From contig JAUZTB010000033.1 of the NCBI GenBank assembly GCA_034780895.1, positions 26,713,051-26,777,050 on the forward strand: DNA of 64,000 nt. The letters run 5' to 3'. Below, piece by piece: positions 12,552 through 25,405 of this stretch. A program made the position numbers and the translations under genes. Below the pieces are notes generated by a model, which made no database searches, was not told the DNA's origin, and saw nothing but the letters and a program-made list of their open reading frames with translations. The DNA comes from Rhynchobatus australiae (Eukaryota). The first letter of the stretch is position 1. Every line of letters begins with the position of its first letter.

Positions 12552-13231
12552 TCCAGCACATCTCATGGGCTGGATCTAGTCCTTGTACAATGCAAATAAA
12601 AGCACATCCCCTTAGGAAGGAAATATGTTTATAACGTTTTCAGAAAGTCTGTGTGCTCAGAAGTAAGGACCAACTAATTACGCTGAAAATAATTTCTCTC
12701 CAGTTACAAAAATTGAACTTCCTCTGATTTAAATTTATATTTCAGGGAGCCCAGCCCAAACCCAGAAGAATTGTAAGAGCTACGTAAGCGGTATAATCCT
12801 CATGTTTGTAAACAACAGACATAGTACAATTGAATGCATAAATAACTGAAAGTACACTTTCTAAAAAAAATTGAACAATGATCTTTTCTCAGTAATTTTA
12901 TAAACAGAGCTCTTTAACAACCAGAGAGCACTAAAACTAGTGGAACACTGAAGATCTGGGTCACAAGCAGAACCACCGAAATGTTAAAACAGCAGAAAAT
13001 AAAGGCTCTGTATTTGCAGAAAATCATATTCAAAAATTTTTATCAGTAATTTGATCACTTTGTTGGTTAAAAAGGAGAAAAGTATTGTTTTACACATTTC
13101 TTGAAAGACTGTGCAGATCACAGAAAGCATCAGCAGGAAACTTCTAAATAAAATTCTGGCCTTGTGGGCAAAATAACATCCTCCTCGTTTGGGGGTTGAA
13201 TGGAGTCAGGGAGGGGTTTAGGGTGGTGAAG

Positions 13232-13822
13232 ATGTGATTCACTCATCCATCTTCCACTTTAATAAACTGCATTCAGTACTCATAGAGTGTCCGCTTCTAA
13301 AATGGAAAACCAAATACAAACTGAGTGACTACTTTGCGGAACACATATGTTCTGTCCAACCCTGACCTTCCAGTTACCACTCATTTTAGTTCTCCATCCC
13401 ACTCACACCAGTGGCTCAACAAAGCCCAATGTAAGGAAGAGCATCTCATCTTCAGATCAGGAGCATTAGTATCCTCAGGAACCAACAGTGAATTTCACTA
13501 TTTGAGATAACCAGCCTTCGCAGCCAGAATCAGAACTGGCCACTTCCAGTAGTTTTTTCCCTTGCTCTCATTGATCTCTTTCTATTCATGGCTCCTCCAG
13601 ACAGAACATCTGCAATTAACAAGCCTCCAGCACCTCTCACCCTGGCAGCACCACCCTTGATTCTCTTCACTCCATCCACTTCTCTGCAACTTGAAAGTTG
13701 TTTGTTTTCTTAATTTTCCTAATTCTGATGAAAAGTCACTGACAGGAAGCATTAACTCTTCCACCTTCCAAAAATGCTCCTTCACCTGCCGAGTATTTCC
13801 AGTTTTTATTTCAGATTTACAG
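13232..13822 (+). mobile_element. Penelope-like element 3' fragment (GIY-YIG endonuclease end and terminal repeat)
   Basis: Decayed ...FAEH...PDLPVTTHFSSPSHSH...KEEHLIFRSG...GTNSEFHYLR*, followed by the CTGATGA...GAA terminal repeat. Confidence 0.75.
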
Positions 13823-14939
13823 AACGAGTTGATAATCTGAATCTAAAGGGCAAGTTGGGGAAGTGGGAGTAGACACAGACAGAGGCACAAGATACAAGAC
13901 CTAGTCGGGTTGGGTTGTGGTGTTTCGGAAAATTACATGCTGAGATATTGAGTATGGAATTGGCTATGAATGAGAAGTAGGATAATCTGGGAGCGGTGAT
14001 GAGTAGACAGACAACCATTTTGGTGAAGAGGTCAATGTGACAAAGTTGCAGATGGTCTGGCTGTATTGGAGGCTTTGCCAAAGAATAGGGGATGAAATCA
14101 ATGACAAGGGTGCACAGATATGACAAGGGCTGGAGACAATGCCTTTCTAATGTTCAAATGGGGGAAAAAAATGCCTCGACCATGAATCCGATACCACAGG
14201 GCAGTGAACTGGCTGAAAAACATAAAGCTGATCGCATCTGCACGGAAACCCTCTGCTGCAATGATGCCAAAGGGCAGGACACAGCAAAGGAGAAGAAAGC
14301 CAAAATAACACCTTGTGGTACTACTGCTAGTGGATGTGGAGGACAGAAGAAAACCATTTGTTCTGACCATGACCAGATAGATAGTTATCACTGACTGTCA
14401 CCAAAGACTGCAGAAGTTAAGTATGAGGAAGGAGGAATGATTAGTACAAACAAGTGACTTTAAGATCATTGCTATGCCGTGGCAAATTTGGTTTCAGGTT
14501 TGAAAGGTACGGATTTGGGAGGCAACAACACACTCAAGGAATTTGATAAAGAAAACTTCACGAGATGTAGGGCTGAGGTGCAAGATCAAAGGGCGAGTTT
14601 CTAGGCAGAGGATCGTGGTGGTTCCTTTGAAAGGCAGGATAGACAGCACCCCAAGCAGCAATGTCAGGATGACCAGGAGGTCAGAAAGGTCATGATACAG
14701 TTGCAGGTTTTCAATCTTAATAACAAAAAATATGAGCGCTCCTTTTGCAGGCTCAACTCTGACTACCTTTGAACATTGCTTCTGATCATGAATAAGGTAG
14801 TTTGCACTGCCCTGTTGGAATTGTATCAGATAAAATGTGGAGCTCTGTGAAACAACATCATGCTCCAGCAACGAGCTCCACATTGGAATTAATTCAAAAC
14901 TGCAGGACAATAAATAACGTGTTCTAATGAAGCAAAAAA

Positions 14940-15605
14940 AAACATACTGCTGGAGGAACTCAGCAGATCAGGCTGCATCTGTGGAGGGAAATGGACAGTG
15001 GACATTTTGGGTTGAGCCCTTTCGTCTGAACCATCCTAATGAAGCCCAACAGAAGCTCGAGAAACAGCATTTCATCATCCATCTGCGCACATCAAGATTC
15101 AACAGTAATCCAAGCATTTCAGATAACCAGCTTTGCCTGTGTGTGTTAAAAATGGCCAGTTATGATTTAAGATCATCCATCAATGACATTCATTCAGTTT
15201 TTTCCTCTCCACAGATGATACCTGATCTGTTAAGCATTTCCAGCATTCTGGTTTGTTTTTAGATTTCCAACATATTGCTTTTTTCTCTCTAACTGCCTTG
15301 ATTCATCTTGTTCCAGTTCTACTCTTATAGACAGGACAACTGTCATTAACTGGATTCTGTTAGATGGTGCCAAAAACAATTGTGTCATCTGGGCAACCCT
15401 AGTGTCCATCCCATCATAAACGTTCTCCTCATTTTCTTTACCCCTCCCCTTTTCTACAACTTGAAACTTGTTTTCTCCTTTCAGTTCTGATGGAGTCACT
15501 GACAATAAACATTAAATGTGCTCTTCTCTTCAAAGATGCTGCCTCAGCCGCTGAGTGTCTTCAGCATTTATCTTCATTTCAGATTTCCATCATCTGCAAT
15601 TTTTT
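14940..15605 (+). mobile_element. Penelope-like fragment with inverted and tandem terminal-repeat copies
   Basis: Inverted tail copy 14940-15030, NEAQQKLEKQHFII remnant, direct tail copies near 15200-15270 and 15480-15600. Confidence 0.7.
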
Positions 15606-16516
15606 GCTCATCCCTATACAAATTTAACTTCTCATTAGTATAAATACTAATCTTTACATATTCACAATTGCCAAATGAATTACTTAACAAGTGGAATTAA
15701 CTTCTTCTCTCTTGCATTCATGTAGTTGGGTTTCTGTCACACCCAAATCCTCAGAGACTCTTCACCANNNNNNNNNNNNNNNNNNNNNNNNNNNNNNNNN
15801 NNNNNNNNNNNNNNNNNGCAATGAAAAAGGTTCACAATTCAGATCAGTGCAGCTCATTTAATTAGACAGCTAATATACAACTGCTCTCAGTATTCATTCC
15901 CTCCACCAAAAACACACAGTAGATGATGCATGTATTAAGCTATGTGCTATACTGAACAACTTGCTGCCATGTTGACAGCACTTCCCTCCTCACTGTCTTT
16001 ACCGCCAAGAAGGACAAGAGAGTACCGTTACTGGAACACAGTCATCTACAAGCACCCCTCCATTCTGACTTGGACTTTTTTTTCGTGACTAGTGACTCGA
16101 TATCCTGGAACTCCGTACCCAACACCAATGCTGGGACACCATTGTAAAATCTAGTACCATTCATAGGGTACATTACCACCTTCTGAAAGCAACTAGAAAT
16201 TGACAAACTGCCATCATCAATATCTCAGAACAAGGCTTTCTTTAAAAAAATGTTTACTGTTGTGCTGAGGCCTAAATTTCAGAAATACGATTCTAGTCCT
16301 TCTGTACCTCACTAAAGGAGCCATTTCAACTAGACAATAGGTTTCTTTTATTTAGGACACGTAGCAGAGTCATCTCGAATCCTACTTAACACCAGGGTCA
16401 TTTTCAGGCACAGATTGTGAAATAGAGATAAGAAACCAGAACTACTGAAAAATCTTCACCTTACCTAGTAAGGGTGTTGAAATCAAATTGTTGATGTCAA
16501 ACTTTCTCAAGCTTAC

Positions 16517-16693
16517 CTCCTCTGGGACTATGATCAAGGGATACACATCTTCTGAGAGGAAGTTGAAGATACACCACACTTTGAAGGCATCTTCATCACT
16601 GATCAGTAAGTCATTGCAGTTCAGATTTTTCTTAACAGACAAAGTCCAGCACATCCTGTTAAAGTCACATTTATCAAAGCTGTTCGGTTGAAC
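16517..16693 (-). CDS. SWAP70: SWAP70 coding exon 3
   Basis: [24 protein letters not shown]...[25 protein letters not shown]; AAG| acceptor, |GTAAGC donor; 177 nt. Confidence 0.95.
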
Positions 16694-17177
16694 CTTTAAG
16701 AAGATTCGGAGGACAAGGAAAAATAATAAAATACGTCAGGAAAAATGCATAAGAGAAAAAAGACAGTGATAACATTTCTTAGAAATTCTGATATTTCAAT
16801 GGTCAGAGGTTTGCTTTTTCATTCAAAAATCTTCCCCATTTTAGTCACACTTTTGAAAGGTGTTTTCTCTAATGCTTAATACCATGTATTATTACACTCA
16901 AGTACACTCCAAGAATAAGCAAACTCTTAATTCTTTTTGCTGCACAAGATTTACCTCAGAAATCACCCCCTCATTGATAGAGAATAAATGAAAATAATTG
17001 TATGCTGACATTTTATATGTCCAACTAATTAAACTTTTAAACTGTATAACCAAAACATAAAGCTTCCTCAGACACAAACGCATTCATACAACCACAGCCT
17101 GCCACAATACACTTTGGCCGAACTGAAAACCCAAGTAATTAATTTCACCTTTTTAGTTAAAGAATAATCATAAATTA

Positions 17178-17329
17178 GTGTAGCGATTAGCACAACACTA
17201 TTACAGCGCCAGCAATCGGGGGTCGATTCCCGTTGCTGTCTGTAAGGAGCTTGTATGTTCTCCCGTGTCTGCGTGGGTTTCCTCCGGGTGCTCCGGTTTC
17301 CTCCCACATTCTAAAGACGTGCGAGGAGG
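17178..17329 (+). mobile_element. V-SINE (HE1-like), runs into a gap
   Basis: tRNA-like head (GTAGCGATTAGC...GGTCGATTCCC) plus the V-domain core. Confidence 0.85.
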
Positions 17330-17699
17330 NNNNNNNNNNNNNNNNNNNNNNNNNNNNNNNNNNNNNNNNNNNNNNNNNNNNNNNNNNNNNNNNNNNNNNN
17401 NNNNNNNNNNNNNNNNNNNNNNNNNNNNNTAATGAGACTGGTATGAATTGATGTTATAGTAGTTACAGAAGCCATCTACCACATGCATGTCAAGTAAAAT
17501 GGTAAAATGTTTTAACTGTCAGAAAAAAAGGCACATACCCTCAGCATGAGGGTCTAAAGTCAAGAAGTTAAATAAAGCAATTTGAGTAGTGCGATTTCTT
17601 CATGGAAGGAGAGGTTTTCAAAGAAAGAAGCCATGGAGAGGAAGTCTACGCAGTATTGAAGCCACTGAGAACAATGGACAATTAGGCTTAAATAGCATT

Positions 17700-18694
17700 T
17701 ACGCAACCACAAACAATGTTGCAGGAAGAATGACCTCAAGGCAAAAATATAGTTCAGTTGTCAGTGCAATGATATGTCAGGAAATTGGTCAATTATGGAC
17801 AAGAATCCACATCTAAATCAATTCAGTCATTTACTACTGATGATAGTGAATATGTGATGCTGGGAACTGGAGAATAGGAGCTGTGATTCTGGATCCTGTC
17901 AGAAAAGGTTGAATCAAAAATATAAAGGTAGACACATCACCTATTTCAATATCATTGCATGATCAAATATAGAAGATAGAAACAATGCCTGTCAAGATTA
18001 CCTCTTGAGAATTCAGAAAGAGGGGACGAAAATAGTAGAAGATTATTCTCTGGTTACAACAAAGGAGATACCTGAAAAGGTGCAAAAGGATATCATTCAT
18101 GACCTTATTCAATTGCAGAGGAAGCATGAGAGATCAAATGGTCTTTTCCTCCTTCTGTTTCTTTTGTTTCTGCGAAGAAATGAGATTGTACCATAACTGA
18201 AAGTATGAGGACTGACAATACACTGCAGATGGTAGAAATCTGGAACAGCACACAAAATGGCTGGATCACCCGGAATCACCTATCACACGCCAGCTCTCGC
18301 TCCACCCTTCCCCCATCCTTTTATACTGGCTATCTCTCCTCTTTCTTTCCAGTCCTGAAGAAGGGCCTCAACCCGAAAAGTCAACTGTACATTTCCCTCC
18401 ACAGATCTTGCCAATTTTGTGTGTTGCAACTGAAAGGTTGAGTTGTTATCAGAATAATGTTGTTTTAAATGGGGTTCCAGATATGTCCAACCAAAAATTT
18501 TAGCAGACCATCGCTCTGAACATATTGGGATTGTGAGCATGAGTGTGAGCATCACCAGAAGCATTGTTTATTGACCAGGTTTATTTAAAGACCTTGAAGA
18601 GTTCGTGGACAGGTGTCCTATCTGTCAAAATTGCAGACCCAAGCCATTGAAGATACCTTTAATGTGTAGGAGATTGCCAATAACACCTTTCAAC
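17700..18694 (+). mobile_element. Decayed Gypsy/Ty3 LTR-retrotransposon internal region
   Basis: 18485-18694 reads VQPKILADHRSEHIGIVSMSVSITRSIVY*PGLFKDLEEFVDRCPICQNCRPKP (integrase HHCC zinc domain; TGA where W is expected). Weaker RT-like (QKEGTKIVEDY) and knuckle-like (ICQEIGQL) remnants lie upstream. Interrupted by a Penelope-derived repeat at 18222-18430. Confidence 0.7.
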
Positions 18695-18725
18695 TTAAAT
18701 TATTGTGAGAAGTGGATTAATGAGG

Positions 18726-18955
18726 AGGGGCGGCACGGTAGCGTAGCGGTTAGCGCGACGCTATTACAGCACCAGCAATCGAGGTTCCATTGCCTGTAAG
18801 GAGATGTATGTTCTCCCATGTCTGCATGGGTTTCCTCCGGGTGCTCCGGTTTCCTCCCACATTCTAAAGACGTACGGGTAGGTTAACTTGGGGTTTAAAA
18901 TGGGCGATGCGGACTCGTTGGGCCGGAAGGGCCTGTTACCACGCTCTAAATAAAA
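18726..18955 (+). mobile_element. Full-length V-SINE (HE1-like)
   Basis: Head GGGGCGGCACGGTAGCGTAGCGGTTAGC, V core, tail GGGCCGGAAGGGCCTGTTACC, then an AT-rich TAAAAAT repeat. Confidence 0.9.
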
Positions 18956-20699
18956 ATGTAAAAATTTAAAATAAAAATTTAAATTTAAAAATATAAAAAT
19001 TTAAATTTATAGTTTACTTGTTTAGTAATTTCAAATTATATCAACAGTGTTAAACCTTTACAAGTGCTGGAGAAAAAATATTTCTTCCTCATATCTAATT
19101 CTCACTCCAATCATGTAGACTGAAATAACTTTGTTCTCTCTAATTTCATTCTTAATTAAGACTGCAATTTTAAAATCAATTCATTCTCATGATCTTAGTA
19201 AAATACTAAGTATTTTATGTAAAATACATTATGTAAAATACATTTGAAACACTCCCTTTCATAGGCTTATCAGGGTAGCTGCCATAAAAACCTTAAATGG
19301 TCAGAGCATTCTAATGCATCCTATCCGAGACTTTCAAATCCCCCTCATGAAAAGTGCAAGATAAATTTTTATCTGATCTACTTTCATCTGCTTTACATTC
19401 AATCATAATGCACATTAAGCTACATAGTCTTGGCAAACCCAACTTACTCTGCAGGATGTACACTGGTCTAGTGGAACAAATCAGAGCCACAAACTAATGT
19501 GTAAATTCACCAGCTGTATATGTTGATGATATTTTGATGTTAGCAGTTGGTAAACAAAAGAGTAATCTCTGCTATTAAAAGCACAAAGATGACCTTTTAA
19601 GATGCTACTGGATGATCTCAAAAAATACTTGCAAATTTCTTAAATTTCACTTGGTAGCAGTTGCAGTTTTACTACCGACTTCTGAAGGGCCAATTTTCTT
19701 AATTTCACTTCTGTTTGTACAACTTTTCTCCTTGTGGTCCAGAGTGCGTCTTCATCAGCCCAAAATCTGGGTAACATGTTAACTAGTGCAAACGATGGTG
19801 ATTATTTTTACTGTAGTTCTCAATCACTGGTTACATTATGTGCTTTCACAAGATCTTCTCCACTTCAGTGCAAGGTAAAGTGAATAATTCCCAGGTTGAG
19901 GCTATAAAATGATAAAAAAATCTACCATTTCTCCTCAAGGGATCAAAAACACACTTGAATCTGTTGGTCTAAAACATAATAAAAACTGGACATGGTGCCA
20001 GAGTATTAACCATCCTTGAGGTAGCTTGTTATTGAATTTTTACTGTATTTCTGGCCTATCTCTAATGTTTACAATGTACTAAATTTAAACAAAGTAGGCT
20101 GAAAAAAAACTAGAACCAAAGATAATTTAACTGTGAATCTCAAACTTAAAATTCACAAAATAAATACAGAGCCAAAAATAATCAATGCACTACAGATGCT
20201 TGAATTTGAATTAAATGTTTGAGACATCCTGCTTGGTCAACTATTCAGACACCTCTAGCTATCTAAGGGTCCATACATCAGAGCTTTTGTTGGCTTTGGC
20301 CTACTGGTTGCCATGGTTCAGATCCTTCTTTCAGACATATGGATGTATAATCCAGACCAACTCCACTATAGTCACAAGTGCTACACCATTGAGAGTACCA
20401 TTATTCAGGTAATGGAGAAATGGAGACTCCCTCAAAGTGTCTATGTTTATAAAAAGAGCTGGAGATTTTTCCTGGTATCTAACAAATGGTTGACTGTGCT
20501 GTCCATAAATTGGCTGCCACGTTGCACCTTAGTACATTTGAGGTCATGAAAAATGTAATATAACAGCAAGTCCATTCCTTTGATTCAAGTAAGATCAGAT
20601 GGATTTGGCAAGGGATTATGTTTGAAATATGCACTGTAAAACCTTTCACCTTAAACCACCTTTTCACCTTAACTCTTCCAGGGGTACTGCAACATCGTT

Positions 20700-21030
20700 G
20701 TTACCATTAAATCTGGGTTCACCAATTCAAATCCCACCACAGCAGCTGGTAACTTTATAATGCTTAATTCAATAAATCTTGAGAGCAAAGCTAATATTTA
20801 ATGGTGATCAGGAAACTACCAAACTGTCTTAAAAACAAGGTTTAGGGAAGGAAATCTAACATTCTTACTCAATTCAGCTTAGCTGCAACTCCAGTGCAAC
20901 AGTAATGTGGTTCATTCTTAAATGCCTTCTGAATTGGCCCAGCAAGTCAATATATTCAAGGGTATTAGGGCTAGGCAACAAATGGGAGCCCTCACAGTGA
21001 CACCCATGTACCATGACAGAATAAAGAAAA
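20700..21030 (+). mobile_element. Second shark-type SINE family with a CR1-like tail
   Basis: TTCAAATCCCACCACAGCAG head remnant, TTTAGGGAAGGAAATCT core, tail AAGGGTATTAGGGCTAGGCAACAAATG...AATAAAG. Confidence 0.6.
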
Positions 21031-22860
21031 CAATTTCTCTCAGGAAACTCAACTTACATTTAAACGAACCTAACCAAAGAGTTTGAAAAGATCATCACGC
21101 CCAGCTTGCCTGCTCATCCAGATAACAGTGCAACATTCAATGCGGTTAATCCACTCCCTCATCTATTCATTTCCTTTGAATCTTTGAAGTAAGTAAACCT
21201 TATTCTTTGAACATATCCTCAAAAGTAAAATTTGGACATCCTGGCTACCTTCGCTGTACCTTTCCAACAACTAATTTCTTGATTGGTTTTGAATTAGTAC
21301 AGAAGTTATTACTCTGACCCTTATTCTCTTCACTCAACTAAGCTTAAAATACACAGTTACAATTCTCCTGAAGACCCCACAATAATGAAATCAAGACATC
21401 TTGTAACAGTCTTCTACTCTACAGGTTTATTTCCTGCAACAGCAAAACTCCTTCCTCTCAGAACCTTCAGATTTTATAAAATTAAAGTTACCTTAATCCT
21501 CGCTAACATCTTTTGCCCTGATCTTTTCAATCTTAATTGTGCCTCATGACATTGATCACAGCCTTTTAATCTGGATTCTCAATATTAAAAAAAATTTAGA
21601 AATGTGTTTAATCTCAAAGAGTAATCTGTCATTTCAGAAAATATTCACAGTTGCATATCTGAGAATTGCACAGCAACAAATAACATCTGCACATTTTGTT
21701 AGGACTAATCTTTGTTCACTTTAAAAGTGCACTTGAATTCTTGGTGTATAAAGCATGTAAATAAAAACTTTGAACAAATTATTCTGCTCTTGTAAGCAGT
21801 TCCAAAAATTGGGATGTCAACTTAAAAGATTGTTCTGTTTCTTGCATTTTTTTGAGTTCAAAGCAATTGAGTTTATTCATTGTTTTATTAAATTTTAAAT
21901 AGTAGAGTTTCTACATTGTGTCATTTTGTTCGTTTAAAACATCAACTGGTCTTTTTTGCTTGAGCAAATGCAAATGACTTGTTTATCTCAGAAAGCAGTA
22001 AACTGCCTATCCTTTAACAAGGCATTGGTTGTTTGTAGAAGGCAATTGTGGAGTAATGCCCAGACCTACGGTTTCAGCTGGGTGTGTGATAGAAAAGGAA
22101 AAACGTGTTTCCTGAAGTTTACAAAAAAAGTACAAAAATATTCTTGCAGTCATTACAAAACGACTTAGTAAAAAGTAACATGCAGAATAAAAAACGTGAG
22201 TCAAGGAGATGAGGACAGAATGAAAAGGTTGCACAATCTTTGACTAGTGTATTCACTCTCTCGGTTCTCATTGTGCATTTTCAATTGTGAGACACAAAAT
22301 GGGAAATATTGATTCCCAGCTTAGAAATAGGTTTCTTCGGTTTTCTTTTAAAAATTGGGTTTTCTTCATTTGTTGCCATTTTCTTTAGCATCGATGTAAA
22401 GGAATGTAAAGAACTCCGATGAAGGGCCCCGGATCAGAAACATTAATTGTTTTGCTTTCCAGATACTGCCTTACCTGCTGAGTGTTTCCAGCATTTTTTG
22501 CTGCTACTTTAGATTTCCAGTGTCTGCACACTTTTGAGTTCCATCAAGCCACATTGACTTCCCTAACATGTTACAATTTTCTCAGTGCCTGTTACCACAC
22601 ACTTATTAATAAACCCCAAAACAACTGATGTCATGATAACTGGTCTCTTGTTCCCTATTCTTTGACTGGTTAAGAGTTGACAGATTTGCTACTTTCCAAT
22701 CTAATGGAAACATTCCAGAGTCTAGGGAATTGTGGAAGATCATCATTGATTAATTCACTACCTTCTTTTAGAACCGGAGGTTAAGGGCATCATATCCAGG
22801 GGATTTCTCAGCCTATAATCCTATTAATTTTTTAAATTGCTTTTCTTTACCATCCACTCA

Positions 22861-23276
22861 TCTTTCACGACTTCAGGACACCCAATAGCATTTTACAGCC
22901 AGCTAAGTACTTCTGAAGTGCAATCACCGCTTTATTGAAGGAAATATAGCAGACAATGTGTGCTCAGCAATGTCTCACAGGTAGCAATATGATATTACCA
23001 GATAATCCGTTTTTAATTATGTGAACAAAGGGATAACTCCCTGGCTCCCTGGCTCCCTTTTTTTAAAAAGAAGAAATTGTGCCTCAGGATCTCTGACATC
23101 CACCTGGGAGGACAGACAAGGCGTCAGTTTAAAGTCTCACCTGAAAGACACCATTTCTGACAGTGCACTATTCCCCTGGTACTCCTCTGGCGTACCAGAC
23201 TGGATTTTGTACTCTGGGGTGGGAACTGTATGCACAGCATTCTGTCATGGGAAGACAGTGCTACCAACTGAGCTAC
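22861..23276 (-). mobile_element. Deu-domain SINE (SacSINE1/AmnSINE1-related)
   Basis: Minus strand: head TAGCTCAGTTGGTAGCACTG, central GATTATCTGG..ATCATATTGCT, 3' CACTTCAGAAGTACTTAGCTGGCTGTAAAATGCT...TCCTGAAGTCGTGAAAG. Matches the recalled Deu-SINE consensus. Decayed relatives near 20450-20530, 24520-24700 and 34190-34530. Confidence 0.75.
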
Positions 23277-23813
23277 TCAAAAGTCTTCACACCTATTAGA
23301 CTCTTGGATCCCATTATATCTAATGTCTTTATTGTATCTTCCACTGAAGAGAGATAAAAAATGTTTATCTCCCCACTTTGTTTCCCCCACATCCATCATA
23401 TTTTTTCCAGTCTCAACGTCTGTGGGGACCCATGCCACTGATACTTTCCATATACGTGTATAACCTCTTCCTTTGTTTTGTTTTTTCGCCATTTTACACT
23501 TGCATTCTACAGTCTCCCTCTCTGGATTTTGTAGTTACCTTTTGATGCATTTCCAAAACATTATGAATCACCAATCTTATTGCTCTTTCTGGGAATATTA
23601 CAAGCCTTTTCTTTAATTGAGTATTATTCTTAACCTCTTCAGTTAGCTGTGGATGAACTTTTCTTCACTGAAATAATTCTCCTTCAATTAAAAGGCTTTA
23701 ATTTCACTACAAGAGCTGCTTTTCCATTAGACTCCATACAATTTTTAAACTATATGCGTGTAATACACAATGGAGTTTAAGTCAGGTTTCTATATGAACA
23801 TGAAATAAAATAC

Positions 23814-23954
23814 CTTATCCAAGATAAACCTGTTCAAATACGGCATGTATCCTTGGTTGGAAACTGGTCCTTCATCATCATCCTTAAAGTGGTTTTCCAA
23901 AGCCACTGGATTGTGAGGTACTTGCAATACTGTGCACAGACTGTGTGAGAGAAC
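23814..23954 (-). CDS. SWAP70: SWAP70 coding exon 2
   Basis: [47 protein letters not shown]; CAG| acceptor, |GTATTT donor; 141 nt, phase 0. Confidence 0.95.
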
Positions 23955-25405
23955 CTGTTCCAATAAAAAAAGGTGTTTAAGAGCTATATCTTCCGTGTAA
24001 CATAAATGCAGAAAGCAGATATAATCTCTAATCCTTGGAAAGAAAATCCAACTTGGCTAATGACATCAAATTTCAGNNNNNNNNNNNNNNNNNNNNNNNN
24101 NNNNNNNNNNNNNNNNNNNNNNNNNNNNNNNNNNNNNNNNNNNNNNNNNNNNNNNNNNNNNNNNNNNNNNNNNNNNTTCAGAGGACTTAATGTCCATAAA
24201 GAATAATCTGCCTTAACATAGCACCCTTCATGACCCCAGCACTATGCAACAGATTTCTCTCATAGAACAATTAAAATTGTCATGTAGGTAAATTCAAAAA
24301 TTTATGTTTGATCAGACAGTAACTAAATCGCATGAAGTAGCACTGTGCTTGGCCACTTGTGCTAAGTAGATAATATAGTGACAGGTAGTTCCACTGAACT
24401 CAATAAAAGCGAATTTCAAGAGTTGAGTGCTAAGCACTGCTGTGACCATATTACACAATATGGTACCAGTAACTGAGTATAAATTTCCTCCCCAAAGTTT
24501 CTTTATGTTGTATCAGGTAAAGGAGGAATGTGGACCAGGATACTTGGAGAATTCCTTTGTCATTGCTGGATGGCATTGTGTGATCATTTATGATCACCTG
24601 GAAAAGGTAAAGCCTTACTTTAAAATCATACTGATAACTTCATCCACAATATAGCACTCCCTCAGCGCTGAAGCAAGGGACTAGAGTATGTGTTCAATTC
24701 TGTGTTGGAATTTAAACTTGCTAACCAAATTTAATTAGTACATTTAATTAATCTATGAACAAAGTCACTTATTAGTAAAAAAAAAATCATCTTCAACTCA
24801 TTTAAAAACAGGTTATCTGTAACAAACAGCATCAAATTTAAAAATAAACAATGATAATCCTTATGGGAGGTAATTTGTTAAAAAGATCTTATAAGTTTAT
24901 CAATTTGAGAACTAAAATGACAATATGCAGTCACACACACACACACAAAAGAAATGTTTGTTCCATACAGCACTTCTGTGGGTTCTGGGACACTTTCTAT
25001 CTTTATTTTAACTAAAGTGTATTTGTTTATCAAAAAACCTTAAATGTTCAAAAGCCCAGGCTTGGTAAAAGATATAGCCCAAACACTCCCATCCAGCCAC
25101 TCAATCAGATGTCCATCCTACCCGTTCAATTCCATGCATTTACAACTCTCTGCCATCTAATCTGCTTGTGGACTTGGTTCCCCCAGCCCTGGAGCCTGTA
25201 GCAATTTCATGTACATCATCTGACTTCAGTTAATCAACTTCTTTCTTAAGAATCTAATATTTGAAAAGCTCTCAAGCTTTGTCCCCTCATTTGTAAAGAA
25301 AGATTTAAGGGCACATCTTGATTGTTGGGCAAAATTGAGGTTGGCAACTAGAATTTTGTTTGACCCCAGACTTCCACCAGATATTGTTACAGTGAAGCTC
25401 AAGGA

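Noticed and set aside
18726-18790. tRNA-like A/B-box sequence
   Set aside because: It is the head of a SINE; no complete cloverleaf tRNA gene.
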